A stretch of DNA of 64,000 nt from Sodalis sp. (in: enterobacteria) (GTDB lineage: Bacteria; Pseudomonadota; Gammaproteobacteria; Enterobacterales; Enterobacteriaceae), in assembly GCA_052258065.1 (NCBI GenBank), contig JBQQPY010000002.1, positions 593,432-657,431 on the forward strand, read 5' to 3'. Below are positions 23,076 to 34,035 of the stretch, piece by piece (positions within the stretch are counted from its first letter, which is position 1; every line of letters begins with the position of its first letter). A model generated the notes under the pieces. The model saw only the letters and a program-made list of their open reading frames with translations, made no database searches and had not been told where the DNA came from. Position numbers and translations under genes: made by a program.

Positions 23076-24017
23076 TTATTCCTCGGCACCCTCGTAAAAG
23101 TGTTTATCTATATCCATATCCATGTCTCTCCTTTCGTCCTTGGAGGTGGCAATTCTCTTGCCCTTTCCCATAAATTTTCCGATCACATCTTGGTACAGAT
23201 TAGATTTAACTCTAGAGAAATACTTGACCGGATGATTCTCGCTCGGCACTGCCAGCTGCTCGTAAGCATCCATGGTGCTAAGTATATTAGATGATGCCTT
23301 AACTTTCTGAACCCACCCCTCGAAGCTTGCTTCATCCGGCGTGGCAACGGCGGTGAATTTCATACCGGAAAAACCCTGCCCACTGAAGTTCGATGAAATT
23401 CCTTTATAACTTCCCGGCTCGTTGGCGATGAGATGCAAAGTGGCATTCATTCCGGCCATTGCGTAAACCTGGCCGCCTAACTGGGGAATAAATAAGGAAT
23501 TCATCACCGAATTGGAGGTAATCTTAAACTCGACCGGAACGTTGGCCGGGAAAGCGATTTCGTTCACTGTGGCGATACCTTGCTCTGGATAAATGAATAG
23601 CCATTTCCAGTCCATCGCAATAACTTGAATCATCAGAGGTTTAATGTCAGACGCAATCGGCTTGCTCGGATCCAGCGCCTGGGTCGACTTCCACGTCAGG
23701 GTTGCCAGGAAGAGGATGATAAGGATAGGAATCGTCCAAACTACCAGTTCTACCTTTCTAGAATGAGACCAGTTGGGGTTATACGTCGCCTTAGTATTTG
23801 ACGCGCGATATTTGATAGCGAAGACGAATGCCATGATGATAGCGGGTATAACGACAATTAACATCAGCCCGAGAGCAGTCAGTATTAATGAACGTTGCTC
23901 TAGTCCTATCTGTCCCTTTGGATTCATTAAGACCATATCTCTGCAGCCACTAACCAACGCGACAACGTTAAACAGTGAAAGAGTCCCTAAACTTTTATTA
24001 TATTTCCTAAATTTCAT
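23076..24017 (-). CDS. cyoA: Cytochrome bo3 ubiquinol oxidase subunit II (lipoprotein)
   Basis: 313 aa, colinear with E. coli CyoA. Lipobox ..ALVSGC. Shared block ..[19 protein letters not shown].. ..NSVMNS.FIPQLG.Q.YAMAGM... Confidence 0.93.
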   Translation of the reverse strand: MKFRKYNKSLGTLSLFNVVALVSGCRDMVLMNPKGQIGLEQRSLILTALGLMLIVVIPAIIMAFVFAIKYRASNTKATYNPNWSHSRKVELVVWTIPILIILFLATLTWKSTQALDPSKPIASDIKPLMIQVIAMDWKWLFIYPEQGIATVNEIAFPANVPVEFKITSNSVMNSLFIPQLGGQVYAMAGMNATLHLIANEPGSYKGISSNFSGQGFSGMKFTAVATPDEASFEGWVQKVKASSNILSTMDAYEQLAVPSENHPVKYFSRVKSNLYQDVIGKFMGKGKRIATSKDERRDMDMDIDKHFYEGAEE

Positions 24018-24175
24018 CTAACGACCTCAATTAAATTTTCTTTAATGTCGTTTCTTGTATCGAGGCATTTTACGGAAAGGTTACAGCACTGTAAACATGC
24101 TTAAGATTACCCAATTATACATTTTGCTCAGCCATATTACTTTCATCCATTCTCGCTTATATTACGCTGCGACAA

Positions 24176-24890
24176 AAAATTATCACAATTTTATAGAAAA
24201 TTAACTCAACAGCTTGAATAATCTCATTCTACAATCATTCAACGGTTCTTTCTGAAGCTTTCTGAGCAGTCATGTGTTCTTGGGAAACGCCATATTGATA
24301 GGATTTAAATACGCTGAACAAGTCGGACGATAAAGAATAAATGCATCTCTAACCTAATAGCTTCTTGTACATTATAGACTTTATAAGTAGCCAAATTATC
24401 TATTATCACGACATTTCCTGATATAAGTTCAGAAACAAGTAACTGCTCTAAATAAATAAGAAAAATATTTCGTTTCATTTCTATATCAAGTAGCATCGTT
24501 GCACTTAATCCGGAGAGAAGTATGCACGCAGTAAGTATCATTGTTTTTAGTGAGCGCCTAGAACATCCGTCCCGCATTGTTGACCTCGCCTGCCGCAACC
24601 CTTTCTTACTCATATTTGTCGTGATTGTCGTTTTATTAATGAAACAAACTTTTCTAGTGAAAATAGAACATTTCTTAAGACCATGATTTGCGCCTATGAA
24701 TTGCATCATCAGGTTCTTGTTCAGCATCATATAAGGTCTTTTTTGACCGTTAGTATATGGCAAAAACGCGGTAAACTGGCAAGGCTTTTTAACTGTTACA
24801 AGTACTTTTCAGAGAGGCCTGTATTTCAAACAAGGCTAGATTACAAGACTTATCAATGAACTTCAGTCTAAAAAGGCGAGACGCCGACCC
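24176..24890 (-). mobile_element. IS630-family type C, 5'-truncated, decayed
   Basis: ORF 24305..24763 contains ..IFLIYLEQLLVSELISGNVVIIDNLATYKVYNVQEAI.. (DDE block). Colinear with the other type-C copies. Confidence 0.65.
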
Positions 24891-24904
24891 AGAGAAAATT
24901 CGAG

Positions 24905-25100
24905 ATGCTGGAAGCCTGGCTCATTAGGGATACTGATAATGGCTATATAGCGATTAGCAATCATGTGGTGAATTACGCATCTAAATACAGGTACAGCTCA
25001 ACGATGGACGTACATTCAACGCTAAGCTTATCGGTAAAGATACGCAATCCGATATTGCACTAGTGTATCTGATTCACTCCAAAAATCTGACCGAAATAAA
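24905..25100 (+). pseudogene. DegP/DegQ-type (HtrA family) serine protease fragment
   Basis: Read across two frames: ..IRDTDNGYIAISNHVVNYASK / VQLNDGRTFNAKLIGKDTQSDIALVYLIHSKNLTEIK. Compare DegQ ..KGYVLTNNHVI....I.IQLNDGREFDAKLIGSDDQSDIALLQIQNP..LT.I. The fragment holds the catalytic His and Asp region only. Confidence 0.6.
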
Positions 25101-26010
25101 AAATTGTAAGAATATTTCTTGTAAATTAATTCAATAGATTAAGCGATCGCATTCTACAGAAAATCAACGGTTCTTGCTGCAGCTTTTCTAAGCACTGATT
25201 GCATTTTGGAAAATTCGGTCTCGATAGGATTTAAATCCGGTGAATAAGGCGAAAAATAAAAAAGTATTATATCTTTAGCCTCAATAGGCTTCTCATGAAA
25301 AATTAACTTTATGAGTAGAAAAATTCTATATTATTACCACATTCCTTAGTGCAGTTTAAGGGACAAGTGCTTGCTCTACATAAACAAGGCAACTGTGTGC
25401 ATTCATTGCTCTATCAAATAGCATAGTTGCACTTAATCTAGATAGATCTATTCCAGCAGAGAGCATCGTTGTTTTTCAGTGAGTGTATAGCAATCAGCCC
25501 TACATCGTTAATCTCGTCTACTACGGGTCTTTGATCCGCTGATCTTTATCGTTATTGCCGTTTTATCAAAGATAAAACGCTTCTCTGATAAAAATATGAT
25601 ATTTTTAGGCCATAATTTACAGCAATGCACTACATCGTTGCACCCTTGTTCAGTGGCATCTACGATCTTTTTAACCGTTATCATGTGATTTTGAAAGAGC
25701 CCGATAGAATAGCAAAGCTAGTTTAAATACTGAAAGTGCTTTTCAGGAAGGCCTGTATTTCAGAAAAAGCTAGATCAGAATATTCATCAAGAAGCCTCAA
25801 AAAAATCAGAATACGCATCAATTTTTGAACCGCGATTCAGGTTTCCTCTAAGTTTAGAGCTGTAATTTCCGATTTCACGAAATCGATTACTCCAACGAGC
25901 TGCAGCAGAAGAGCCTATTGATATGTATCCTTCTCTGCATGTACAGAGCTCTACGCTTCAATCAATCCGATGATTTGCGATCTTAAGTCTTTTCCTGGAT
26001 GGGGTATGAT
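25098..26010 (-). mobile_element. IS630-family type C, near full length, decayed
   Basis: Colinear with 5,228-6,165, including the DDE block relic at 25.3 kb and the HTH part at 25.85-26.0 kb. Confidence 0.65.
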
Positions 26011-26050
26011 TTTTTTAAAAATTTAGGTTTTATTTTTATGATTATATTTC

Positions 26051-26203
26051 AATCGTAACTCAGATTTGTTGATATTTTTCTATTTTCATAAATAAGAGCG
26101 ATCTTTTATTGCTTCAATTTTCTATTAAAATAAAAATTTTAAGTATTATTCAGTAGAATAGATATGTGATCTTCGTTTTTATCAAGAAATCTGAATCACG
26201 ACC
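26051..26203. mobile_element. MITE (copy 1), ~150 bp, with ~20-bp TIRs
   Basis: ..CGTAACTCAGATTTGTTGATA...TATCAAGAAATCTGAATCACGACC. Same element as 53,974-54,127. It lies inside IS481 3'-end sequence (26,010-26,290). Confidence 0.7.
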
Positions 26204-26289
26204 GATATTGCATAGACTGAAATTAAGTTTTATTACCTAATACTGATTTGTGCAACTCTTGATTGTAGATAAATTTACACTGATCCAGA

Positions 26290-26451
26290 CATGTAATGAG
26301 AAAAATATGATAAAGTACATTATATTTAATGTTTCTCGTTCTTATTTGTTATAAAACAGTCTAACGATCTATTTATTTTTGAAATAGCAAGCAATTTATT
26401 TATCATTTTTTTCAGAGAAATAAAAAAAAGAAAAATCAGATATGGAATGAC
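26290..26451 (+). mobile_element. IS1595-family-like right end
   Basis: Aligns to 50,050-50,213 and ends ..AAAAATCAGATATGGAATGAC (compare ..AAATCAGGTTCGGAATGAC). Confidence 0.6.
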
Positions 26452-26825
26452 GACTTAAACGCTTTGTGCTTTAGTGTTAGCGCTCTCTCCTTGGTGTTAT
26501 ACAAACCTCTTCTATCTCTACATAAACAGTGAACTAGAGAAGATCAAAATATAACAGATCATCTAGTGGGAGAAACGCGCCTTCTGAAGGAAAACGGCCA
26601 CTGCTTCCCTGCTAGGCAACATCATATCTATAAACGATTGGGAATACGGCTATGGCCCTAAGTACTATCTCGTTTTTGCTATTTAGATATGCTTAGTTCA
26701 AAGGTCCTAGAGGACTTAGCCAAAGTAGATGCCTGCTCGTTGCTTGCCTAAAGAGCGATCTTGATTTTAGATATTTCAGTTGCCTGACTATGGAGTCTCA
26801 TAATGCAGTAATAAATTTATTATCT
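26452..26825 (-). mobile_element. IS481-family-like 5' part, decayed
   Basis: TTAAACGCTTTGTGCTTTAG.. (..FKA..), then HTH relic sequence ..GCCAAAGTAGATGCCTGCTCGTTGCTTGCC.. as in other copies. Confidence 0.6.
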
Positions 26826-26839
26826 CTAACTTCTTTATT

Positions 26840-27462
26840 TTAAAATGGAAAAAATAAACTTATCCCACTGACTATCAGGGCACCGCCAAAGCAACGATTC
26901 TGTATTCTTATCATCCGTGGCTCCCGCACTAAATTTTGTATACGACTGGCACTGAAAGCATAGATATTCATCATGATCGCATCGACGGTAAGCATCGTTA
27001 TTGTCATGATGGCGAGCTGCATCCATAGCGGCTGTATAGGCTCAATGAATTGCGGCATCAAGCTAATCATAAATACGATAATCCTTGCATTAGTTGCCGT
27101 TGTCACAAAGCCAGTGATAAAGCGCTTTAACTTAGGTAAGGGTGCCGTAGTGGAGTTAGATGCGCACAATGCCTCTGTAGGGATTGGGGCACACCATGTT
27201 GAGTAGCCGGTATAAATTAACCAAGCTGCTCCTAGGCTCCTTATGACCATCAATATCTTCGGTGATGCCAGAATGATGCCGGCCCCTGTACCAACCATAA
27301 TCATGATAAGCGCTAGCGCTGTTCCTGGCCGGCGATGATTAAAATAGTTTTACGCCAACCTTGGCTAAGCCCAAAACGCATTGCTTGTATTGAGCCAGGA
27401 CCCGGTGAAATGGCGGCAAGACAAGACATTATCAGGAATGCAGACCAGGTGCTATAAGACAT
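26840..27462 (-). pseudogene. LysE/RhtB-family amino-acid exporter, frameshifted
   Basis: MSYSTWSAFLIMSCLAAISPGPGSIQAM..IIAGQE (ATG 27462, GGAGAAGAG SD) continues in another frame as ..ALIMIMVGTGAG..LMPQFIEPIQPLWMQLAIMTITMLTVDAIMM.. Compare RhtB ..LFPQFI.P.QP..MQ... The frames switch near 27,305-27,330. Confidence 0.8.
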
Positions 27463-28342
27463 AGAGCGCTCTTCTCCGGGCAGATTAAATTTTCCTATTG
27501 CCATTGATGGACGCTGCAAACGTCTATCGCAAGCAGACATAGAATACATAAGATTTTTTAGAAGATCTTAACGAGGTATTCAGCAATACGTTTTTTATTT
27601 ACTCATCGATTTTAGTTGCAACAAAGGCAGTGAGTAGGGCCTCAGAGTCGATTATGATAGGTGTCAATAATTTTCTCTTGTGAAATAAGATGATATCTAG
27701 GCTTTACCATAACTGCTATACCTCTAGACCGCTGGGAAAAGAACGAGTGACTCTAACATATTACTCCATATTTAACTTATCTGTTAGTAATTTTATCATC
27801 TCACGATTTTTAGAGATGCTAGTTTTAGCCTGCATTTAGCATATTGAATGAGACATCGTAGTTATATGAAGGAAAGCGGAACGAACAATCTGGATGATAC
27901 TGCCAGAAGGTTTTCTTTTTTTGATCAATATATCTGTTTGCAATAGCCGAAGTAAGCGCAAGAACCAGGGCTCAGATTTCTATAGCCGAGCATACTGCAG
28001 ACCTAGACTTCGGGATTTAAAATTAAAGCATATGTTCTGGATGCTCCAACGCAAGCCGCAATCAAGCGTTGTTTTTAGGCAGGCTACGCGTCTATTGCAG
28101 TAAACTATGCCTTTTTGTAATCCTTCTCATAAATATAGCCGATATTAGTGAGAGCATCGCTACTAATATAGATTAGCACCCATAACTATCATTCCTAGGC
28201 TGGCTATATCGCTCACCGATAATTTGCCTTCGTCGCGATAAAGAGTCAAATTGATTTTTTAGACAAAGGAGCCAGCGCCGGCTATGATACCAGGAGGCAG
28301 TGATTTATTTAGGTGACCCAGCAGATTAAAGAATGGCTCAGT

Positions 28343-28606
28343 CAAGAGAAGTGCTTTTAAATTCTTAGTAAAGCATAATTTAACTCTTCTAGAAAGGAAA
28401 GGTAATCCTTTATGGCGATATTATCTACTGCTCTTCTCTTCACTGTTGAAAACAGCTGCAAAGCCTGGCTTTCCAAAGCGTACAAAGACTATCATAATAG
28501 TATGATTATCTTTCAGTGAAGCTTAAGCAAGGCTGCCGACAATGATCTGCCTGTACTGACAGAAGGCGGCTATTAAGCAAGAAGCTAAGTCAGCGATAAT
28601 CTTCAT
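28343..28606 (-). pseudogene. hupB: HU/IHF-fold DNA-binding protein relic, probably hupB by synteny
   Basis: About 88 codons with 2 in-frame stops: MKIIADLAS..ASLKDNHTIMIV..RFGKPGFAAV..SRRVKLCFTKNLKALL. Compare HU-beta MNKSQLIDKIA..ESLKEGDDVALVGFGTF.V..KVPSFRAGKALKDAV. It lies directly downstream of lon, as hupB does in E. coli. Confidence 0.45.
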
Positions 28607-28905
28607 TACTATCTATCGTTGTTCTGCCAAAAATCGTTTGGTCTACATATGTCTCTACTCAATCTAAGGCATTTTGAGAGGAAGTCTTATAGGGAACTCA
28701 ATTCCTGTTATCACTACGTGTTTATATAAGATTTACTATTATACTAGCCAGCTTCTTTCATGCATTCTTGCTTATATGGGGGAAATCTTAACCACATCTC
28801 TAGCGAGAAATATTACTAAGTACTCTACGCTACCCATATGATTAAGATAATGGGATAGCAGCAGACCACTAACGGCTCTTTAGTGATTTATTTTACATAA
28901 ACCGC

Positions 28906-31266
28906 TTATTTTAATGCTTTTGGCTTCTCTTCTATACTAAAAGGAGAATTCTGCAGCGCTAAATTTAACACCTCGTCAATTCGCTGAACCGGATGAATAT
29001 CTAGGTCATTTATCACATTAGCCGGCATATCTTCCAGATCCTTCTTATTCTCAAAGGGAATCAGCACGGTTTTTATGCCGCCGCGGTGCGCTGCCAGTAA
29101 TTTTTCCTTCAAACCGCCGATAGGCAACACCTGACCGCGCAGAGTAATTTCGCCGGTCATCGCTACGTTGGCCTTAACAGCATTACTGGTCAGGCAGGAT
29201 ACCAGCGCCGTACACATCGCGATCCCGGCGCTCGGCCCGTCCTTCGGAGTCGCGCCTTCCGGCACATGCACATGAATATCGCGTTTTTCATAGAAGTCAG
29301 TATTGATCTCAAGCTTGTCCGCGCGTGCGCGCACTACAGTCAGCGCCGCCTGAATGGACTCCTGCATTACCTCTCCCAGTGAACCGGTATAGATCAGCTT
29401 GCCCTTGCCGGGCACGCAGGCGGTTTCGATGGTCAGCAGATCGCCGCCTACCTCCGTCCATGCTAAACCAGTTACCTGGCCAATACGGTTTTCTCCTTCC
29501 GCACGCCCATAATCGAAGCGCTGCACACCCAGGAAGTTCTTCAGATTGTCATCGCTGATGGTGATATGTTTAGCGCTCTTATTCATCAGCAAGGTTTTCA
29601 CCGACTTACGGCATAGTTTAGAAATCTCTCGTTCCAGGCTGCGCACCCCGGCTTCGCGGGTGTAATAGCGTATGATCCCCACGAGCGCGCTATCTTTTAC
29701 CGTCAACTCTCCTTTCTTCAGGGCATTGCGTTCGAGCTGCTTAGGCAACAGATGCTGCCGAGCAATGTTGAGTTTCTCCTCTTCTGTGTAACCCGATAGG
29801 CGGATTACTTCCATACGGTCGAGCAGCGGCGCCGGGATATTTATCGAGTTAGAGGTAGCAACAAACATCACATCAGAAAGATCATAATCTACTTCCAGGT
29901 AATGATCGTTGAACGCTACGTTCTGCTCGGGATCTAGCACCTCCAGCAGCGCCGACGCGGGATCTCCGCGCATATCTGAAGACATCTTGTCGATTTCATC
30001 AAGTAAGAATAGCGGGTTCTTCACGCCGACCTTTGATATCTTTTGGATAAGCTTACCTGGCATTGATCCGATATAAGTACGACGGTGCCCGCGAATTTCG
30101 GCTTCATCACGCACGCCACCTAGCGCTATACGTACATACTTCCGGCCGGTAGCCTTGGCGATGGATTGGCCGAGCGAGGTTTTCCCCACTCCGGGCGGGC
30201 CTACCAAGCATAGAATGGGCCCCTTTATTTTACTGACCCGGCTCTGTACCGCGAGATATTCTAGAATGCGGTCTTTGACGCGTTCAAGCCCATAATGATC
30301 TTTATCGAGAGTTTCCTGCGCCTTGACCAAGTCTTTTTTGACTTTGCTGCGCGCATGCCAAGGCACTGAAAGCATCCAGTCGATGTAACCGCGCACGACG
30401 GTCGCCTCAGCGGACATCGGCGACATCATCTTTAATTTCTGCAGTTCTGCCTCGGTCTTTTCCCGGGCTTCCTGCGGCATTTTTGCAGCCTCTATCTTGC
30501 GCTTCAGCGCTTCATTTTCATCCGGCGCGTCGTCCATCTCGCCTAGCTCTTTCTGAATCGCCTTCATCTGCTCGTTCAGATAGTACTCGCGTTGGCTCTT
30601 TTCCATCTGCTTTTTAACGCGATTGCGGATACGTTTCTCCACCTGCAGCAAGTCAATTTCGGATTCCATCATTGCCATTAGGTACTCTAGCCGCTCGGTC
30701 ACATTAACTATTTCCAGCACCGACTGCTTATCGGCCAACTTCAGCGTCATATGGGCAGCAATGGTGTCAGCCAGACGGGCGGCATCATCAATGCTGTTTA
30801 ACGAGGTCAATACTTCGGGAGGAATTTTCTTGTTCAGTTTGATATAGCCTTCAAACTGATTAATGGCGGTGCGGACCAATACTTCCTGCTCGCGCTCATC
30901 AACTGCCGGCTCGTTAAAATAGTCCGCCTCAGCGGTGAAGTGATCGCCGCTGTCTACAAGCTCCTTGATACGAGCGCGGGTTAGGCCTTCTACTAGCACT
31001 TTGACCGTGCCGTCAGGCAGTTTAAGCATCTGCAGAATAGACGATACTGTCCCGACTGAAAAAAGATCATTAATATCCGGCTCGTCAGTTGACGCTTCTT
31101 TTTGAGCTACCAACATGATTTTTTTATCATTTTCCATGGCTGCTTCAAGACACCGAATCGATTTTTCCCGGCCAACAAACAGCGGGATAACCATGTGCGG
31201 ATAGACCACCACATCGCGCAGAGGCAATATGGGAATTTCTATGCGTTCGGAATGCTCAACATTCAT
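28906..31266 (-). CDS. lon: ATP-dependent Lon protease
   Basis: 786 aa, colinear with E. coli Lon. Walker A motif GPPGVGKTS. Catalytic region ..[17 protein letters not shown].. with ..[21 protein letters not shown]... Confidence 0.98.
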   Translation of the reverse strand: MNVEHSERIEIPILPLRDVVVYPHMVIPLFVGREKSIRCLEAAMENDKKIMLVAQKEASTDEPDINDLFSVGTVSSILQMLKLPDGTVKVLVEGLTRARIKELVDSGDHFTAEADYFNEPAVDEREQEVLVRTAINQFEGYIKLNKKIPPEVLTSLNSIDDAARLADTIAAHMTLKLADKQSVLEIVNVTERLEYLMAMMESEIDLLQVEKRIRNRVKKQMEKSQREYYLNEQMKAIQKELGEMDDAPDENEALKRKIEAAKMPQEAREKTEAELQKLKMMSPMSAEATVVRGYIDWMLSVPWHARSKVKKDLVKAQETLDKDHYGLERVKDRILEYLAVQSRVSKIKGPILCLVGPPGVGKTSLGQSIAKATGRKYVRIALGGVRDEAEIRGHRRTYIGSMPGKLIQKISKVGVKNPLFLLDEIDKMSSDMRGDPASALLEVLDPEQNVAFNDHYLEVDYDLSDVMFVATSNSINIPAPLLDRMEVIRLSGYTEEEKLNIARQHLLPKQLERNALKKGELTVKDSALVGIIRYYTREAGVRSLEREISKLCRKSVKTLLMNKSAKHITISDDNLKNFLGVQRFDYGRAEGENRIGQVTGLAWTEVGGDLLTIETACVPGKGKLIYTGSLGEVMQESIQAALTVVRARADKLEINTDFYEKRDIHVHVPEGATPKDGPSAGIAMCTALVSCLTSNAVKANVAMTGEITLRGQVLPIGGLKEKLLAAHRGGIKTVLIPFENKKDLEDMPANVINDLDIHPVQRIDEVLNLALQNSPFSIEEKPKALK

Positions 31267-31352
31267 AGAGCTCTCTCTTAGTTTAGTTTCCGCCAGGTTT
31301 ATGAAGTGCGCAAAAACTCAGCTTTTGCTAGTTTCAACAATTAGGTGCTTGA

Positions 31353-31384
31353 ATATGTGGGGGTTGAATCACTTACATTCAACG
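31353..31384 (-). promoter_or_regulatory. sigma32 (heat-shock) promoter of lon
   Basis: Minus strand reads GTTGAAT-N13-CCCCCACATAT about 90-120 nt upstream of the lon ATG. It fits the sigma32 consensus CTTGAAA-N13-15-CCCCATNT and, from memory, closely resembles the E. coli lon promoter (GTTGAATGTGGGGGAAACATCCCCATAT). Confidence 0.65.
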
Positions 31385-31479
31385 GCAGCCGGTAATGAAA
31401 AAACGGGGGACAAAATCCTATGCTTGAACGCTCTCAATTGTCGTACAATATCTCCTAAAGAGCCTGTTGCGCTTGGTGC

Positions 31480-32724
31480 TTACCCGCAGATAAGCAACGG
31501 CTCCGATTGGCCGGCAATGACCGCTTCGTCAATCACCACTTTTTCTACGCTATCCTGGGAAGGCAAGTCGTACATGATCTCTAGCAGCACGCCTTCCACG
31601 ATAGAGCGCAAACCGCGTGCACCGGTTTTGCGTGCCATGGCTTTTTTGGCAATGGCGGTCAGCGCTTCGTCTCGGAATTCCAGCTCAACACCTTCTAAGT
31701 TAAATAACGTCTGATACTGTTTAGTCAACGCATTTTTCGGCTCGCGCAAAATCTGAATTAGCGCTTTTTCGCTTAATTCATTCAGCGCCGCTACGACTGG
31801 CAAACGACCGATAAATTCCGGAATAAGGCCGAACTTAATCAGGTCCTCTGGTTCGACTTGCGCGAGCAGTTCGCCTTCGGTGACTTTTTCTGAACTGCCT
31901 TTAACGGTGGCACTAAATCCGATACCGCGGTTAGTTTCGGTACGCTGCTCGATCACTTTATCCAGACCTGCAAAAGCTCCGCCGCAGATAAACAAGATTT
32001 TTGATGTATCCACCTGCAGGAATTCCTGCTGCGGATGCTTACGTCCGCCCTGGGGCGGCACCGCGGCTACAGTACCTTCTATTAATTTCAGTAGCGCTTG
32101 CTGAACCCCTTCACCGGAGACGTCCCGAGTAATAGAGGGGTTATCTGATTTACGGGAGATTTTATCGATCTCATCAATGTATACAATACCGCGCTGGACT
32201 TTTTGCACATCATAATCACATTTTTGCAACAGTTTCTGGATGATATTTTCAACATCCTCACCCACGTACCCGGCTTCGGTCAGAGTCGTAGCGTCGGCCA
32301 TAGCGAACGGCACATCAAGGAAGCGTGCTAACGTTTCCGCTAGCAAGGTTTTGCCGCTTCCGGTGGGCCCAATTAGTAAAATGTTGCTTTTACCCAGTTC
32401 AATGCCGTTATTAGTATCGCTATTGCGTAACCGCTTGTAGTGATTATACACCGCCACCGCGAGCACTTTTTTCGCTTTTTCTTGACCAATGACATAATCA
32501 TCTAGGTGGCGACGGATTTCATGAGGAGTCGACAACGCGCTAGGCTCACTGCTTGCCGCAACTTCCTTTATATCTTCGCGGATAATATCGTTGCATAAGT
32601 CAACGCATTCATTACAGACATACACCGATGGCCCAGCGATCAATTTCCGCACTTCATGCTGGCTTTTACCGCAGAAAGAGCAATACAACAGCTTTCCTGA
32701 ACCGTCTTTCCGCTTATCTGTCAT
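31480..32724 (-). CDS. clpX: ATP-dependent Clp protease ATP-binding subunit ClpX
   Basis: 414 aa. Zinc-binding N-terminus [30 protein letters not shown]. Walker A motif [11 protein letters not shown]. Colinear with E. coli ClpX and ~10 aa shorter at the C-terminus. Confidence 0.98.
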   Translation of the reverse strand: MTDKRKDGSGKLLYCSFCGKSQHEVRKLIAGPSVYVCNECVDLCNDIIREDIKEVAASSEPSALSTPHEIRRHLDDYVIGQEKAKKVLAVAVYNHYKRLRNSDTNNGIELGKSNILLIGPTGSGKTLLAETLARFLDVPFAMADATTLTEAGYVGEDVENIIQKLLQKCDYDVQKVQRGIVYIDEIDKISRKSDNPSITRDVSGEGVQQALLKLIEGTVAAVPPQGGRKHPQQEFLQVDTSKILFICGGAFAGLDKVIEQRTETNRGIGFSATVKGSSEKVTEGELLAQVEPEDLIKFGLIPEFIGRLPVVAALNELSEKALIQILREPKNALTKQYQTLFNLEGVELEFRDEALTAIAKKAMARKTGARGLRSIVEGVLLEIMYDLPSQDSVEKVVIDEAVIAGQSEPLLICG

Positions 32725-32867
32725 TAGTAAACCTCTTTCTTTCGTCTTTGTCTTGCAGACTAATCAGGGCAAAAACGTAACTCCCGAACTCAAAACGCGG
32801 CGCCGGAAACGCTGACGCTCATGAACACTACGTTAACTATAGTCTATCGGTTGCCGCTATTAATTAA

Positions 32868-33488
32868 TTACGCGCGCTGGCTTAATACGGAATCTACTAA
32901 TCCATAGTCTACCGCCTCAGCTGGAGAGAGGAAACGATCACGTTCGGTATCCCGCTCTATTATTTCAAGAGCCTGGCCCGTATGTTTCGCCATTAATTCA
33001 TTCATCCTCGCTTTAACCTTCAGGATTTCCCGAGCGTGAATTTCAATGTCGGTAGCCTGACCCTGGAAGCCGCCTAGCGGCTGATGGATCATGACCCGCG
33101 AGTTGGGCAGGCAGAAACGTTTACCCATCGTGCCGGTGGCCAGCAAGAAAGCACCCATAGAGGCGGCTTGACCCATGCAGAACGTGCTGACATCCGGTTT
33201 AATGAACTGCATAGTGTCATATATTGACATCCCAGCGCTAATGACGCCCCCGGCGAGTTAATGTACAGGCAGATATCTTTTTCCGGATTTTCCGCTTCTA
33301 AAAATATCATCTGCGCAACGATCAAATTTGCCATATACTCTTCAACTTGACCAGTCATGAAGATAATGCGTTCTTTCAATAGGCGCGAAAAGATATCGTA
33401 TGAACGCTCTCCGCGTGAAGTCTGTTCTACTACCATCGGCACCAAGGCCATATGGGGGAAAGTTATCTTGTTTACTGCTGTATAACAT
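32868..33488 (-). pseudogene. clpP: ClpP protease subunit with two frame disruptions
   Basis: The SD-preceded ATG at 33488 (AGGAGacgataATG) opens [12 protein letters not shown], the propeptide. This is out of frame with [36 protein letters not shown] (ORF 33089..33451). That in turn is out of frame with ..[37 protein letters not shown] (ORF 32868..33230). Breaks lie at a C5 run (G5 at 33,454-33,458 on +) and a G5 run (C5 at 33,247-33,251 on +). Confidence 0.9.
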
Positions 33489-33789
33489 TATCGTCTCCTA
33501 GAAAACCCTCCAGCGCCTAGGTTTTAGATTTTACGTGAGATGCACCTGCATTGCCATGTTGCAAGATTTTGTCGGTTTACTGGAAAGGCCTCAACCTTTC
33601 TTTCTCTACCCTGCAATTTCCCTTGTTTTTCCCTAAAGGCAGCAGCGACATTCTTTTAGCGCTAGAGATTGCCGGATATTTCCGAGGCACTTACTTACTT
33701 TTAACACTGCTTGCTCGTTAAATATAGTACTGCCTATCACTATCAATCAGTATAAAAAGCTTACTAAATCATGCATTGTACTCGGCCGG

Positions 33790-34035
33790 CCTCAACATAC
33801 TGCATGGCATTATGGGTTCTTGAATGTCGCTACCAAAGGCGCAATATTAGCGCTCTCCAGTCATAAATTCAGTTGAATCCATACTCAAATTCGACGAGGT
33901 GACGAGGTGTATGTTGGCCAAGAATTGCATGGTTAGTGCTTGTTATGGCATTTAGGTATTCTCCAGAAGAGCATTCCTATAGCTTAAGTTTAGTTAGGTA
34001 AGATACGTAATCAGAAGAGCCTACATAAATCAATA
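33790..34035 (-). mobile_element. IS1595-family-like C-terminal fragment between tig and clpP
   Basis: Reverse complement reads ..ALLEN....HLVEFEYGFN.. and aligns to 3,240-3,470, 44,350-44,520 and 52,790-52,990. Confidence 0.55.

Noticed and set aside
24114-24119. TATAAT hexamer ~95 nt upstream of cyoA as the cyo promoter
   Set aside because: There is no acceptable -35 element at 16-18 bp spacing, and the region is AT-rich enough for chance TATAAT matches.
24305-24763. 152-aa ORF that could be taken for an intact small transposase
   Set aside because: It is a chance open stretch across an IS630-C relic. Only the DDE-block part is homologous, the N-terminal half is out-of-frame read-through, and the catalytic region is incomplete.
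27550-28340. Possible ppiD relic downstream of the hupB relic, as expected from E. coli lon-hupB-ppiD synteny
   Set aside because: I see only faint, frame-hopping resemblance (for example ..ATKANYR.. versus ..AAKVNDQ..). I cannot support a call without a sensitive alignment.
31229-31714. 161-aa plus-strand ORF spanning the lon start and the clpX end
   Set aside because: It overlaps two well-supported minus-strand genes and the lon promoter, and has no homology or SD.
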